From an uncultured Eggerthellaceae bacterium (lineage in GTDB: Bacteria > Actinomycetota > Coriobacteriia > Coriobacteriales > Eggerthellaceae): a DNA stretch of 64,000 bases. Below the pieces are notes generated by a model. That model ran no database searches and was not told the DNA's origin. It saw only the letters and a list, made by a program, of their open reading frames with translations. Location: assembly GCA_946625225.1 (NCBI GenBank), contig CAMOTA010000003.1, forward strand, positions 205-64,204, in the 5' to 3' direction. A program made the position numbers and the translations under genes. Of the stretch, positions 1 to 9,616 are shown piece by piece (the first letter of the stretch is position 1; every line of letters begins with the position of its first letter).

Positions 1-56
1 CAGGCGGCAGGCAGCAGGCCGCCGCGCAATGCTTGGGCCGGACGGACCCTGCGCGT

Positions 57-2294
57 TTATTCGCCGGCGATGAGGGCTTCGAATTCCTCGCGGGGCATGG
101 GCTTGGCGAAGTAGTAGCCCTGGAACAGCCTGCAGCCCATTTCCACGAGCATGGACAGCTGCTCGACGGTTTCGACGCCTTCGGTAATCGAAGGAATGCC
201 CAGCCGGCTGGACAAGTTGATGATGGCCTCCAGGATGGTTTGGGCCTTGTCCTGGTTCTTGGTCTTGTACAGGAACATCATGTCGATCTTCAGCACGTCG
301 ACCGGAAGGTCCTTCAGCATGTTCAGCGACGAATAGCCGCTGCCGAAGTCGTCCATTTCCACAAGGAAGCCGCTGGCGCGCAGCTTCTCGATTATCTGCA
401 AGCGGGTTTCCAGGTCGGACATCATAACGGCCTCGGTAATTTCCAGGCGCAGTTTGGCAGGGTCCACTCCGTATCGCCGGACCAGCTGGCTTATCGTGCC
501 GAACACGTCCACGAAGTAGAAGTCCTTCGGCGAGATGTTCACAGACAGGAAATAGTCGATGCCGCGGCTCTGCCATTCCCTTAGAATGCGGCAGGCGCAT
601 TCCCACATGTGCGTGTCCAACCGCGCGATCATGCCGTTTTCCTCGAACACGGGGATGAAGCGCGCAGGCGAAAGGAAGCCTTCTTCGGGATGAATCCAGC
701 GCACGAGCACTTCGGCGCCTTCGATGTTGCCCTCGGCATCTACCTGCGGTTGAAGGTACGGCTGGATCTGGCCGGTTTCGATGGCGTAATCGAGCTGCGA
801 CGAAATGGTCTGGGACCAGAGCACGCGATCGCGCATTTCGTCGGTGTAGCATGCCGCGCGCACGTTCATTTCCTGCTTAATCGAGGCAAGCGCCATGAAT
901 GCGCGGTCGAACATGACGTCTGGGGCCAAGTCGGGCTCGGTAACCTCGTACACGCCCATGTGAATGATTATGGGGAAATTGCCGTCCATTCCCTCGAAGG
1001 TGAAGTGCAGAAGCTCTTGTTCCACCCGGTCGGCCGAAAAGCTATCGGCGCGGGCAATGAAGCCGAACTTGTCGCTGCCGATGCGCCCATAGGCCGAGCC
1101 GGGCGTGGCGGCTGCGCGCATCGCGTCGGCGAGCGCGCAAAGCACTCGATCGCCGTATTCCTTGCTGAAAATGTCGTTGACCAGCTTGAATTCTTTAATG
1201 TCCATGCCCACCACAACATAGGGCGTATCGGGGTTCTCGTCGATTATCGTGCGCGCGCATTCGAAGAGGTGCCTCTCGTTGTACAGGTCGGTAAGTGCAT
1301 CGTGAGTTGCCTGGTGCCGTTCGCGCTGCAGCTTGCGCTCCGCTTCGGTAACATCGCGCACCGTGAAGGCCGCGCCGATATGCCGACCCTCATAGTCGCT
1401 GACCTGCTGCATCTGCAGCTCGTAGAAGCACTCTTCGCCGTCTTCCACGATGCGGCGCGTGTCCGTCCACGATTCTCCGACCTTGTGCCTCCACGGGCCG
1501 AGCTTATTCACGAGCAGGTCCGTGGTGCCCGGGGGAATTTCAATGTCCTTCGGCAATTTCAGCAGAGCATAGCCCGCGCCGTTGGCATAGATGCATTCGG
1601 TGTTGTCCTCGAAGAAGAACACGGCCTGGCTCATGTTGGAAACGATGCGCGAAAGCATGCTGTCCAGCAGGCGGAACGGCCGATAGAACAGGGCGAAGTA
1701 GAAAATGAGCAGCGCGGCCACGCTGAAAGCGACCATGGACTGGTCGATAGGCTCGCCCGAAGCAACGTAGAAGCCCTGCCAAAGCGCTGCTATGAGCACC
1801 GAGATAAGGATGACGACATAGCGTTCCCGATAGATGCGCGGGGATTTAACAATCTTGTACAGGTAGATTCCCGCGATGGCCGCGATCATGATGTATCCGG
1901 AAATACGATGAAACGCCAGGCCGAAGTAGGCATCGGGGGCATAGTACAGCGCATCTTCCACGACAAGTTCGCGCACGCCGAAAGCGAAGCCCGTTATCGG
2001 ATTCAGGGCAAGCTGCACGACATCCACAGCGACAATGGCCGAGGGCACGATCCAGCTGATTTTCCTGCGATCGTCAATCGAGCAGTAACACAGCGTGAAC
2101 CAGAGCAGTGTAAGGACAATGGAATCCGTGCCGTAGAAACACAGGTACATCCCCACCACAGACAGGGGTGCGCTGGTCGACACGATGATTATGATGTTTC
2201 CGACGACCGGGGGCATAACCGCCACGAGCAAGGCCGCCACATTGCCGGCGATGGGCTTTTTTGCCCGAAGGCGCAAAGCAACGATTGCGCACAC
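57..2294 (-). CDS. Membrane-anchored GGDEF/EAL signalling protein (degenerate GGDEF site, intact EAL domain; probable c-di-GMP phosphodiesterase)
   Basis: 745-aa ORF. The N-terminal ~300 aa are strongly hydrophobic (multi-TM). The GGDEF-domain region has a degenerate active site 'RIGSDKFGF'. EAL-domain motifs present: 'AEVLVRW', 'LEITE', 'DDFGSGYSSL', 'KIDMMF', 'EGVET...FQGYY'. The exact start within the first ~25 codons is uncertain. Confidence 0.85.
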   Translation of the reverse strand: MCAIVALRLRAKKPIAGNVAALLVAVMPPVVGNIIIIVSTSAPLSVVGMYLCFYGTDSIVLTLLWFTLCYCSIDDRRKISWIVPSAIVAVDVVQLALNPITGFAFGVRELVVEDALYYAPDAYFGLAFHRISGYIMIAAIAGIYLYKIVKSPRIYRERYVVILISVLIAALWQGFYVASGEPIDQSMVAFSVAALLIFYFALFYRPFRLLDSMLSRIVSNMSQAVFFFEDNTECIYANGAGYALLKLPKDIEIPPGTTDLLVNKLGPWRHKVGESWTDTRRIVEDGEECFYELQMQQVSDYEGRHIGAAFTVRDVTEAERKLQRERHQATHDALTDLYNERHLFECARTIIDENPDTPYVVVGMDIKEFKLVNDIFSKEYGDRVLCALADAMRAAATPGSAYGRIGSDKFGFIARADSFSADRVEQELLHFTFEGMDGNFPIIIHMGVYEVTEPDLAPDVMFDRAFMALASIKQEMNVRAACYTDEMRDRVLWSQTISSQLDYAIETGQIQPYLQPQVDAEGNIEGAEVLVRWIHPEEGFLSPARFIPVFEENGMIARLDTHMWECACRILREWQSRGIDYFLSVNISPKDFYFVDVFGTISQLVRRYGVDPAKLRLEITEAVMMSDLETRLQIIEKLRASGFLVEMDDFGSGYSSLNMLKDLPVDVLKIDMMFLYKTKNQDKAQTILEAIINLSSRLGIPSITEGVETVEQLSMLVEMGCRLFQGYYFAKPMPREEFEALIAGE

Positions 2295-2447
2295 CAGCAG
2301 CGCTATGGCAAAAACGAGCAGGACTATGGTGAATGCAAGCCTTATACGCCCTCCCTCCGTGCAATTAGGCTAATTATACCAATCTGCCCGACACAAGCGC
2401 AGCTGTCGCTTAGCGCAGCACGCCCCCGCCCTGGCATGAGGCTACTT

Positions 2448-2586
2448 CCCACGGCCCTGCCAGCGGAGGGGACGAGAAGAGGGGTGAGGGCGATTCTGCG
2501 GGCACAAATTCTGTTAAATACTCGGGCAAAGCCGAATCCAAGCCCGAATCCCCCCTCCCCGTCCCCGCCGCTGGCAGGGCCATGGG
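2448..2586. repeat. Long-armed hairpin repeat, copy 1 (degenerate); same family as 51265-51417 and 55441-55627
   Basis: Shares the core 'GAGGGGTGAGGGCGATTCTGCrGGCACAAAT.CTG...AAAGCCGAAkCCAAGCCCGAATCCCC' with copy 3. Outer arms 'CCCACGGCCCTGCCAGCGG' and 'CCGCTGGCAGGGCCATGGG' are self-complementary. Confidence 0.75.
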
Positions 2587-2648
2587 CAGTAACGGCAGGA
2601 GAGTCGCTGCCCTTTTGGCCCCTTTCGCCCTGCCGGCATGCGGGGGCA

Positions 2649-2689
2649 GAGAGAGAAAATGTGGAAAAGGGTCTGACCCTTTTCCACAT
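2649..2689 (-). terminator. Rho-independent terminator downstream of the ABC permease gene
   Basis: 13-bp perfect stem ATGTGGAAAAGGG / CCCTTTTCCACAT with a 5-nt loop. On the minus strand it is followed by TTTTCTCTCTC. Confidence 0.7.
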
Positions 2690-2765
2690 CGCGCACTTCA
2701 CCGGCAGCGCACCGAAGAGCCACCCCGTGCACTGGCGGGGGGCGTTGCGGGCCGGCCTTGCCGCC

Positions 2766-3983
2766 CTATTGGTAGCGCAGCGATTCCACGGGGTCGAGCT
2801 TGGCGGCGCGGCGGGCGGGATAATAGCCGAACACCACGCCGATGAGCACGCAGATGCCCACGACCATGGCGATGGAATCGATGCCGATGGAAGGCGTTAT
2901 GGTCATGGTGGAGCCCTCGCCAAGCGCCGCACCTGCCAAACCGCTCAGCCCGAGCGCCCCGAGCAGGCCCAGCACTATGCCGAACACGCCCCCGATAAGC
3001 GTGAGGCCAATCGATTCCAGCAGGAACTGGCGCGTTATGTCGCGCCGACGAGCGCCGAGCGCCTTGCGCAGGCCGATTTCGCGAATGCGCTCGGTCACGT
3101 TGGTCAGCATCATGTTCATGATGCCGATGCCGCCCACCAGAAGCGAAATGGAGGCGACGGCCGTCATGAGCAGCTGGAAGGAGGCCATCAGGGTGTCGAG
3201 CTGGTCCATGATGGACTTCATCGTAACGACGTACAGCGACTCCTCCATCTGGCCTTCGGGTATGCGGAAGCGGTCGACCAGCCATGAGCGGATCGCGGTG
3301 GCGGCGGCTTCCACATCTACGTCTTCGCGCGCCAGCGCCTCCACCCCGGAAACGTCCATGGTGCCGCTGATGCGCTGCGCGCAGGTGGTGAACGGCAGGT
3401 ACAGGTAGACGGTGCTGGAACTTCTTGAAGCGCTGGCCGATTCCAGCACGCCGACGACCTCGTAGTCCGCACCGCCGATTTGCACCGTCTGGCCCACGGC
3501 CTGCGCATTCTCCGACCCGAACAGGTGCTTCACGCCCGCTTGGTCCAGGACCACCACCAAACTGCCGCGATCGTATTCGCCTTGCGAGAAGAAGCGGCCT
3601 TGCGTCAGGTGCATGCCGTTTATGTCCGCATGCTGCGGGAGGACGCCGTTCGCGTAGCCGTCTCCGGTTTTCGTGGACGAGGAAACGCTGGCGCTCGAAG
3701 ACGTCGTCGGGCCGATTACCTCGAAATACCCGTCCAGCGCCATCGACATGTCGTGCACGTCGGCCAGATTCATGGCGCGCCCGTAGTCGCAATAGGCATT
3801 CACCAGACGCGCCTGCGACAGGCCCATTTCGCCGACGAGCGCCGTCTTCACGCCGCCTATGAGGGCCGTCATGGCGATGACGGCCGATATGCCGATGACC
3901 ACGCCGAGGATGGTCAGCAGGCTGCGCGCCTTGTTGGACCTGAACGACGAAACCGTCTCGGCCAGGAGGTCGACCGCTTTCAT
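2766..3983 (-). CDS. ABC transporter permease, MacB/FtsX family
   Basis: 405 aa from the internal ATG 'MKAVDLLAETVSSFRSNKARSLLTILGVVIGI...'. The track ORF 2766..4595 is an in-frame upstream extension over the ATPase gene. The start overlaps the ATPase stop (ATGA). The C-terminal FtsX region contains 'LLVGGIGIMNMMLTNVTERIREIGLRKALGA'. Confidence 0.9.
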   Translation of the reverse strand: MKAVDLLAETVSSFRSNKARSLLTILGVVIGISAVIAMTALIGGVKTALVGEMGLSQARLVNAYCDYGRAMNLADVHDMSMALDGYFEVIGPTTSSSASVSSSTKTGDGYANGVLPQHADINGMHLTQGRFFSQGEYDRGSLVVVLDQAGVKHLFGSENAQAVGQTVQIGGADYEVVGVLESASASRSSSTVYLYLPFTTCAQRISGTMDVSGVEALAREDVDVEAAATAIRSWLVDRFRIPEGQMEESLYVVTMKSIMDQLDTLMASFQLLMTAVASISLLVGGIGIMNMMLTNVTERIREIGLRKALGARRRDITRQFLLESIGLTLIGGVFGIVLGLLGALGLSGLAGAALGEGSTMTITPSIGIDSIAMVVGICVLIGVVFGYYPARRAAKLDPVESLRYQ

Positions 3984-4708
3984 GTGTTCCCCCTTTCGCC
4001 GGCGCGCGCGGCATGCTGGCGTTCCTCTTCGTCGGTGAGCAGCATGCCGTCGCGGATGTGCACGACGCGATCGGCCCATGCGGCCACTTCGGGGTCGTGG
4101 GTGATAAGCACGATGGTCTTTCCCTCGGACTTCAGGCGCAGGAAGGTTTCCAGCACCATGCGGCCCGTTGCCGAATCCAGGTTGCCGGTCGGCTCGTCGG
4201 CCAAGATGACTGCCGGGTCGTTCACCAGGGCGCGCGCTATGGCCACGCGCTGCATCTGCCCGCCCGACAGCTCGTTGGACCGATGCTTGAAGTACGCAGC
4301 CGGCAAGCCCACGGCAGCCAGAGCCGCTTCGGCGCGGGATTTGCGCTCTGCGCGCGGCAGGTCCGTGAAGGTAAGCGGCAAGACGACGTTGCGCAGCACG
4401 GTGGAGCGAGGCAGCAGGTTGAAGCTTTGGAACACGAAGCCCAAGCGCGTTGCCCGCAGCTCGGCCAGCTCGTCGTCGGAAAGCAGCGAAACGTTCAGCC
4501 CTTCCAGCAGATAGGTGCCCGTGGTGGGCGTGTCCAGGCAGCCGATTGTGTTCATGAGGGTGGATTTGCCCGAACCCGACGGGCCCATGATGCACAGCAG
4601 TTCGCCGCGCTGCACCTGCAGCGACACTCCCCGCAGGGCATGCACGTAGCCAGCAGCCGATTCGTAGATGCGGTGCACGTTGCGTATGTCTATTACGGGA
4701 ATGGCCAT
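3980..4708 (-). CDS. ABC transporter ATP-binding protein (MacB/LolD/FtsE-like)
   Basis: 242 aa. Walker A 'GPSGSGKST', signature 'LSGGQ', Walker B 'ILADEPT', H-loop 'ITHD'. Confidence 0.95.
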   Translation of the reverse strand: MAIPVIDIRNVHRIYESAAGYVHALRGVSLQVQRGELLCIMGPSGSGKSTLMNTIGCLDTPTTGTYLLEGLNVSLLSDDELAELRATRLGFVFQSFNLLPRSTVLRNVVLPLTFTDLPRAERKSRAEAALAAVGLPAAYFKHRSNELSGGQMQRVAIARALVNDPAVILADEPTGNLDSATGRMVLETFLRLKSEGKTIVLITHDPEVAAWADRVVHIRDGMLLTDEEERQHAARAGERGNT

Positions 4709-4728
4709 GGTTGCATCACGCCCGACGC

Positions 4729-6375
4729 CTAGCGCGCTGCCGAACTGGCGGCAGCACCCGACCCGAGCGCGGCTTCGACGATGGCGGGCGAGGTGACCAC
4801 GGTTTCGCCTTCTTCCAAGCCCTCATCGATTGCCACCTGCGAACCCGAGCGCTCGCCCACAACGACTTCGCGCTGTTCCATGTCTAGGTTGTTCCCGTCG
4901 CGCACGACCAGCACATATGCCGATGCGCCGTCTTCTATGAGCGCCTCGGCGGGAACAACGAGCACGCTGGGCGCATCGCTTGTCGCAATTTTCACGCTGG
5001 CCGACATGCCCGGCTTCAGGCGCTCGTCGGGATGGTCGATGGCCACGGTTGCCTTGTACGTTACAACCCCGGTGCTGCCCGTTGCCGCGTTCGCATCGCC
5101 CCCAGACCCCGAGGCAACCGAGGCGACCGACGTTACGCTGCCTTCCAGCTGCAAATCGGGGACGGCCGTGAAGGACACCTGGGCACGCTGGCCCACCGTA
5201 ACGTTCGAGACGTCGATTTCGTTCACTTCTATATCGATGCTCAGCGATGCCAGGTTGCCGATTTCGGCAAGCGTGTCGCCTGCGGTGGACGTCCCACCCG
5301 CTGCACCGCCGACAGCCGAGCCGGGCACCACGGACAAGGCCAGCAGCGTGCCCGCAACCGGCGCGCGCACCGTGCGCTTGTCGGCTTCTTCCACGGCGTA
5401 GTTGTAGGAGCGCTGGGCATCCGACACACCTCCCTCGGCTTCGACGACGGCGGAATTCGCGGTGTCGATAGCCGAGGTGTAGGTGCTATGGTCGAACGAG
5501 CCCGGGTCCACCACGCCTGCGGCGGCATAGGCTTCGTTGTAGGCCATCTGGGCAAGCTGCTTCGCCTCTTCCACCAGCTGCTTGCGCTCGGCCTTCGTGG
5601 CCGATTTGGGAATGGCGTCGATCGCCTTGTCGTAGGCCGCGCTGTAGGCGCGGTTCGCATCCGCTTCGGCACGCGCCTCGGCATCTTCCATGGTTTCGAT
5701 GGACCTGTTATAGGCATCCACCGCATCGTTGTACGAGGTCCACGCGGCATCGACGCTTGCCTGTGCGTGGTTCAGGGCCTGATGCGCCTTGTCCAGCGCC
5801 GACCGGGCATCGGCCACGGATTTTTCCAGTTCGGTGTTTTTCAGGGTGAACAGCACGTCGCCCGCTTCCACGTGCTGGCCTTCCACCACGCGAACGTCCT
5901 GCACGATTCCCGCCACCTCGGGCGTAATGGCCACGCGCGAACCCGGCTTCACGTTGCCCGTGGCCTGCACGGCCGGGGAAAGCTCCGAGCGCGTGACGAC
6001 TGCGGTCTGCATCTCGCTCTGCACGGTTTCCATGACGGAGCGGGCCGCGCAGGTAACCAGCCCGATTATCGCCAGCAGCAGCGCCGCCAGGCAGACGACC
6101 ACGATGATTATGATGCGCTTGCGGCGTTTGCGCTTGCGGCGCTCTTCCAGGTTTTTCATTGCCGCGAGGGCTTCGGGGTCGACGCCATCGATGGGTTCGG
6201 GCGGCACGTAGCCCGGGGCCGGCTGACCGAATGCCTGCGGGTTGGGGGCAAGCTGCTGGCCGGGGGCCGGTTGGTCGGGCGCCTGCACCTGGCCGGACGC
6301 CGGTTGGCCGGGCGTTTGCTGGCTTTGCTCTTGCTGGCCGGGATTCTGGAACGGTGTCGTGTTTTCTGCTGCCAT
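4729..6375 (-). CDS. HlyD/MacA-family membrane-fusion (periplasmic adaptor-like) protein
   Basis: 548 aa from the internal ATG 'MAAENTTPFQNPGQQEQ...'; the track ORF extends upstream into the transposase region. It has a Q/P-rich N-terminus, one TM segment ('IIIIVVVCLAALLLAIIGLV'), a lipoyl-like region 'VAITPEVAGIVQDVRVVEGQHVEAGDVLFTL', a long Ala-rich coiled coil and a beta-barrel C-terminus. It sits 20 nt upstream of the ATPase gene. Confidence 0.85.
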   Translation of the reverse strand: MAAENTTPFQNPGQQEQSQQTPGQPASGQVQAPDQPAPGQQLAPNPQAFGQPAPGYVPPEPIDGVDPEALAAMKNLEERRKRKRRKRIIIIVVVCLAALLLAIIGLVTCAARSVMETVQSEMQTAVVTRSELSPAVQATGNVKPGSRVAITPEVAGIVQDVRVVEGQHVEAGDVLFTLKNTELEKSVADARSALDKAHQALNHAQASVDAAWTSYNDAVDAYNRSIETMEDAEARAEADANRAYSAAYDKAIDAIPKSATKAERKQLVEEAKQLAQMAYNEAYAAAGVVDPGSFDHSTYTSAIDTANSAVVEAEGGVSDAQRSYNYAVEEADKRTVRAPVAGTLLALSVVPGSAVGGAAGGTSTAGDTLAEIGNLASLSIDIEVNEIDVSNVTVGQRAQVSFTAVPDLQLEGSVTSVASVASGSGGDANAATGSTGVVTYKATVAIDHPDERLKPGMSASVKIATSDAPSVLVVPAEALIEDGASAYVLVVRDGNNLDMEQREVVVGERSGSQVAIDEGLEEGETVVTSPAIVEAALGSGAAASSAAR

Positions 6376-6488
6376 GTGGTCCCCGCTATCCTTCGGCTTT
6401 GACCCACTGCGAAAAAGCGCCCTGCAGGCGTTTTCCACACGTTCTTTATACGACATTTCGCAGCACTGGCGCAAGAGCGACAACGATG

Positions 6489-7793
6489 CTATTGCGAATC
6501 GGCCCTGCATGCATAGGGCTTGCCATCGCGGTACACGGCAAAGACGATGGCGCACAGCTTGCGCACGACGGCGCTTACGGCAACCTTGTGGCATTTGCCT
6601 TCGGCGCGCTTCTTCTCGTAATAGGCATGCAGCGCAGGGTCGTAACGGCGGGCGCGGTCGGCGGCCACCCACAGGTACCACCGCAGATAGCGCGACCCGC
6701 GCTTCGACAGATGGGCGCGCGTGCCCTCGAACTCGCCCGATTCGTATACCGAAGGATCGCAGCCCGCAAACGCCACGATCTGGGCGGCACGGGAAAAGCG
6801 CGATATTCCGCCGAGCTCGCTTAATATGCCCGCTGCGCATACCACGCCGATTCCCGTAATGCTCATTATCAGCTCGCCTTCGACCGCGCGTGCGAGCACG
6901 CGGTCGATTGCGGCAAGCTGTTCTTGGGCAAATTCGATGAACGCCAGTTGCTGGCGCAGCTGGAATTCCAGATATTCGCTGCTCTGCCCAATGGAAGACC
7001 GGGCAGCTCGTTGCAGGTCTTGCGCCTTTGCGTAGCCAAAGGAATTGCGCGAGGCCGCACGCAGCTCTTCCTCAATCGAAGACGCGCTGGCACCGGATAG
7101 GGCGCGGGCGCCTGGCCACTTCTTCAGAACCGCGATGGAGGCCTTGCAAAAACAGTCGGCGAACAGGCGATGGTATTCGGGGAAGAGCATGTCGAGAAGC
7201 GAAACGGCCTTGCGTTTGCAATCGCCGGAAACGCGCGACACATAGAAGCGGAAACGCGTGAGCGAGCGCAAATCGTCCATGCGGGATTTCTCGTGGTAGT
7301 GGCGAGCGGGGTTGCCGGCATAGAGCCAAAGCGCCAGGGCCTCGGCGTCTACGCGGTCGTTTTTCACGTTTCGGATGTTCATGGCTTTGCGCCAATTGCT
7401 TGTGAGCAGGGGGTTCACCTCGTAGACCTCCATGCCGTGCGCTTTCAGGAATTCGACGAGGTTGCGGCCGTAATGGCCCGTTGCCTCCAGGCACACACCG
7501 ACGGGGTGCTCGTGGTGCGGTTCGAGGGCGTTCGAGAGCTCGGGATGCGATTCCCGCAGGTCGCTTTCGCGAAGATGCGACTTCGGCCCATCCGGTTCTG
7601 GAGCCGTCGGGTTGTCGCCACCCTCATGGGCCTGTCGCTGCAAGACGCCAATCGTTTCGAGCTGCTTCAAAAATGCAGCGAACCCCTCTGCGTCGTTCAT
7701 GAAGTCGAAGCCGACAAGCAACCGCTCGCCCCGTTCGCCGATGACCGCAGCCGAGTGCTTGTATTTCGCGACGTCGATTCCTACACAATACAT
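6489..7793 (-). mobile_element. IS110-family (DEDD) transposase gene; element termini not defined
   Basis: 434 aa. The N-terminus 'MYCVGIDVAKYKHSAAV' is typical of the DEDD_Tnp_IS110 domain. The C-terminus 'ITGIGVVCAAGILSELGGISRFSRAAQIVAFAGCDPSVYESG...HLSKRGSRYLRWYL' is typical of Transposase_20. No terminal inverted repeats were found, as expected for this family. Confidence 0.85.
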
Positions 7794-7892
7794 TGCAACC
7801 TCCTTGCATCAAGGAAGCCCGAATTGCGAAGAGCGCTTCGCCTTCGCGGCGAGCTCCCCGCCCTGCTGCAATGTGCCCTGCACTTCGACATG

Positions 7893-8026
7893 ACGCGATG
7901 CGATGCGGCGCGGCGCGGTGCTGAGCGAATCGCGCGATGCGATGCGGCGCGGCGCGGCGCGGTGTGGTGCGATGCGGCGCGGCGCGGCGCGGTCCTGCGC
8001 GATGCGATGCAGCACGGCATGGCACG
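7893..8026. repeat. Degenerate GC-rich tandem repeat (unit ~GCGATGCGATGCGGCGCGGCGCGG, about 4 copies)
   Basis: Read directly from the sequence, 100-235 bp upstream of the IS110 transposase start codon. Confidence 0.7.
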
Positions 8027-8262
8027 ACATTATGCGGTACGACATGGCGCGAAGCGGATTGGCAATGCCGATTTCGGTTAGGCGAGTGGTTGCCGTCCGG
8101 CAATCGCGCAAAGCAGCGAAAAGCGGGGCGCGATCCTCCTTGAAGAGAACCAGGTCTCAGGCTTCACTGATTCCGCGACCCCCGCCAAGAACATTATACC
8201 TAAGTGCACTGTGCCGAGGAGGTGGTTTTCTTGCCGCAGCACGAGCGCCAAGAGGGCGCGCG

Positions 8263-9222
8263 CTACTGTTTTCGTGCGGCGGCCATCGCCTCTTCTATGA
8301 CGTTTTCGTCTATTCCGCGCGCCCGCAGCTGCGACGCCAACGCATCGATGCCTTGTTCCAGGCCCTGCTCCCGGCCCTGCTCGACGCCCTGCTCGCGGCC
8401 GCGCTCTTCCGCCTCGCGTTCAAGGCGCTCGGCGCGCTCCCTCATAAGCTCCAGCACTTCTCCGCCCATGGTTCGCCTCACCTTCCTCCGCAAGGTTTCG
8501 TGCTTGGCAAGCAAGTGATCGGTCACCTTTATTATAAGCTCGACCAGCTGCTCGTAGAGCAGGGAATCGCCTTTGGCGAGCGTCTCCGATTCCAGACCCG
8601 CGCGCAGTTCGGCGCATTCGGCCACGAGCTCGCTTGTGCGCACATCGTCGCCGTCTATCTCCGAGAGCTGGCCCTCGTAGCGCATCAGGTAGTAGGGCAG
8701 CAGAAGCAACAAGCCCCTCTCGAAGATGTCGTCGCTGCTGAAGCGCTGGGCCTTCACCACGCGCGAAGCGTACATGAACGATTCGCCGCTCGGAAGATTC
8801 ACCTTCATCTGCAGCTCGTCGGGGGTTTTCGAGGTGTGCCGCAGGAACAGGACGCAGGATTCGGGAAAGTTCATCTCGTAGGGAGCGCCGGCCCGAATGG
8901 CCTCTTCGAGGGCGATCGCGAAATCGTATTCAACCATGCGCACCACCATGTCGGTCTCCGGCGTGCTCTGGCATTCGATATGGTAAATCTTGTCCCCCAA
9001 GCGCAGCATCGAATCGGTGATGTTCTTGCCGAGAGGGCCCTCGTGTTCGTTGTCGATTCGCAGGATGGGATCGTCAAGCGCGTAGCTCCTGCCGAACGCC
9101 TCGTTGATGAAGGGGACGATAAGCCGGGGAGTTTTCTGCATCATGGTCTTGAAGACGGAGTCGAATACGGTGTTGTCGGGCATGAAGAACTCCTTTCCAG
9201 CCGCCTGGATACGGCCGCTCAT
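8263..9222 (-). CDS. Rpn/YhgA-like PD-(D/E)XK recombination-promoting nuclease / putative transposase
   Basis: 319 aa. N-terminus 'NTVFDSVFKTMMQKTPRLIVPFINEAFG', core 'GDKIYHIECQSTPETDMVVRMVEYDF', and a repetitive acidic/Gly C-terminus 'EERGREQGVEQGREQGLEQG'. This pattern is typical of the family. The call rests on motif recognition only. Confidence 0.55.
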   Translation of the reverse strand: MSGRIQAAGKEFFMPDNTVFDSVFKTMMQKTPRLIVPFINEAFGRSYALDDPILRIDNEHEGPLGKNITDSMLRLGDKIYHIECQSTPETDMVVRMVEYDFAIALEEAIRAGAPYEMNFPESCVLFLRHTSKTPDELQMKVNLPSGESFMYASRVVKAQRFSSDDIFERGLLLLLPYYLMRYEGQLSEIDGDDVRTSELVAECAELRAGLESETLAKGDSLLYEQLVELIIKVTDHLLAKHETLRRKVRRTMGGEVLELMRERAERLEREAEERGREQGVEQGREQGLEQGIDALASQLRARGIDENVIEEAMAAARKQ

Positions 9223-9383
9223 GGTGTGCGAAAGCGCCGAGACAGCGTTTTCGTGTCCTGTTCGAACAATAGGGAAAGCTGTCCCCGAACGCTCGGGTTA
9301 AGGGGGCGTAACATACTCGACTACTCAGGCTCGCGGGAGACCCCCAGCTATGCATATGCCGATTGCGGCGATTGACCCCATGC

Positions 9384-9472
9384 GGAAGGTCTCGCGGAAG
9401 GCCCTGCGGAGGGTCTTGCGGAGGGCCCTGTGGAAGGTCTCGCGGAAGGCCCTGCGGAGGGTCTTGCGGAGG
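9384..9472. repeat. 24-bp tandem repeat (about 3.7 units; GGAAGGTCTCGCGGAAGGCCCTGC / GGAGGGTCTTGCGGAGGGCCCTGT)
   Basis: Read directly from the sequence; intergenic, upstream of the Rpn-like gene. Confidence 0.8.
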
Positions 9473-9616
9473 ACTCGGCCGCACCCGCCGCCGTCAGCAT
9501 GGAACGTCTTCGCCGGATCGTTATGCAATCATAGTACACATATTTGTATAACTTGATTGAGATTTCGCGGATCTATTTCCTTTGGTCAGTGCTGCTTTTC
9601 ACGGCACCGTAGCCCA

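Noticed and set aside
609-3287. 892-aa plus-strand ORF spanning the GGDEF/EAL gene and the exporter 3' end
   Set aside because: It lies antisense to two well-supported genes with clear motifs. Its composition is Arg/Ala/Gly/His-rich and low-complexity, as is typical of high-GC antisense frames. It also crosses an intergenic repeat and a terminator.
9074-9484. 136-aa minus-strand ORF with the 'PPQDPPQGLPRDLPQG' repeat
   Set aside because: The repeat peptide is simply the translation of the 24-bp DNA tandem repeat. The ORF overlaps the Rpn gene 5' end out of frame, and the rest of it is Arg/His-rich noise.
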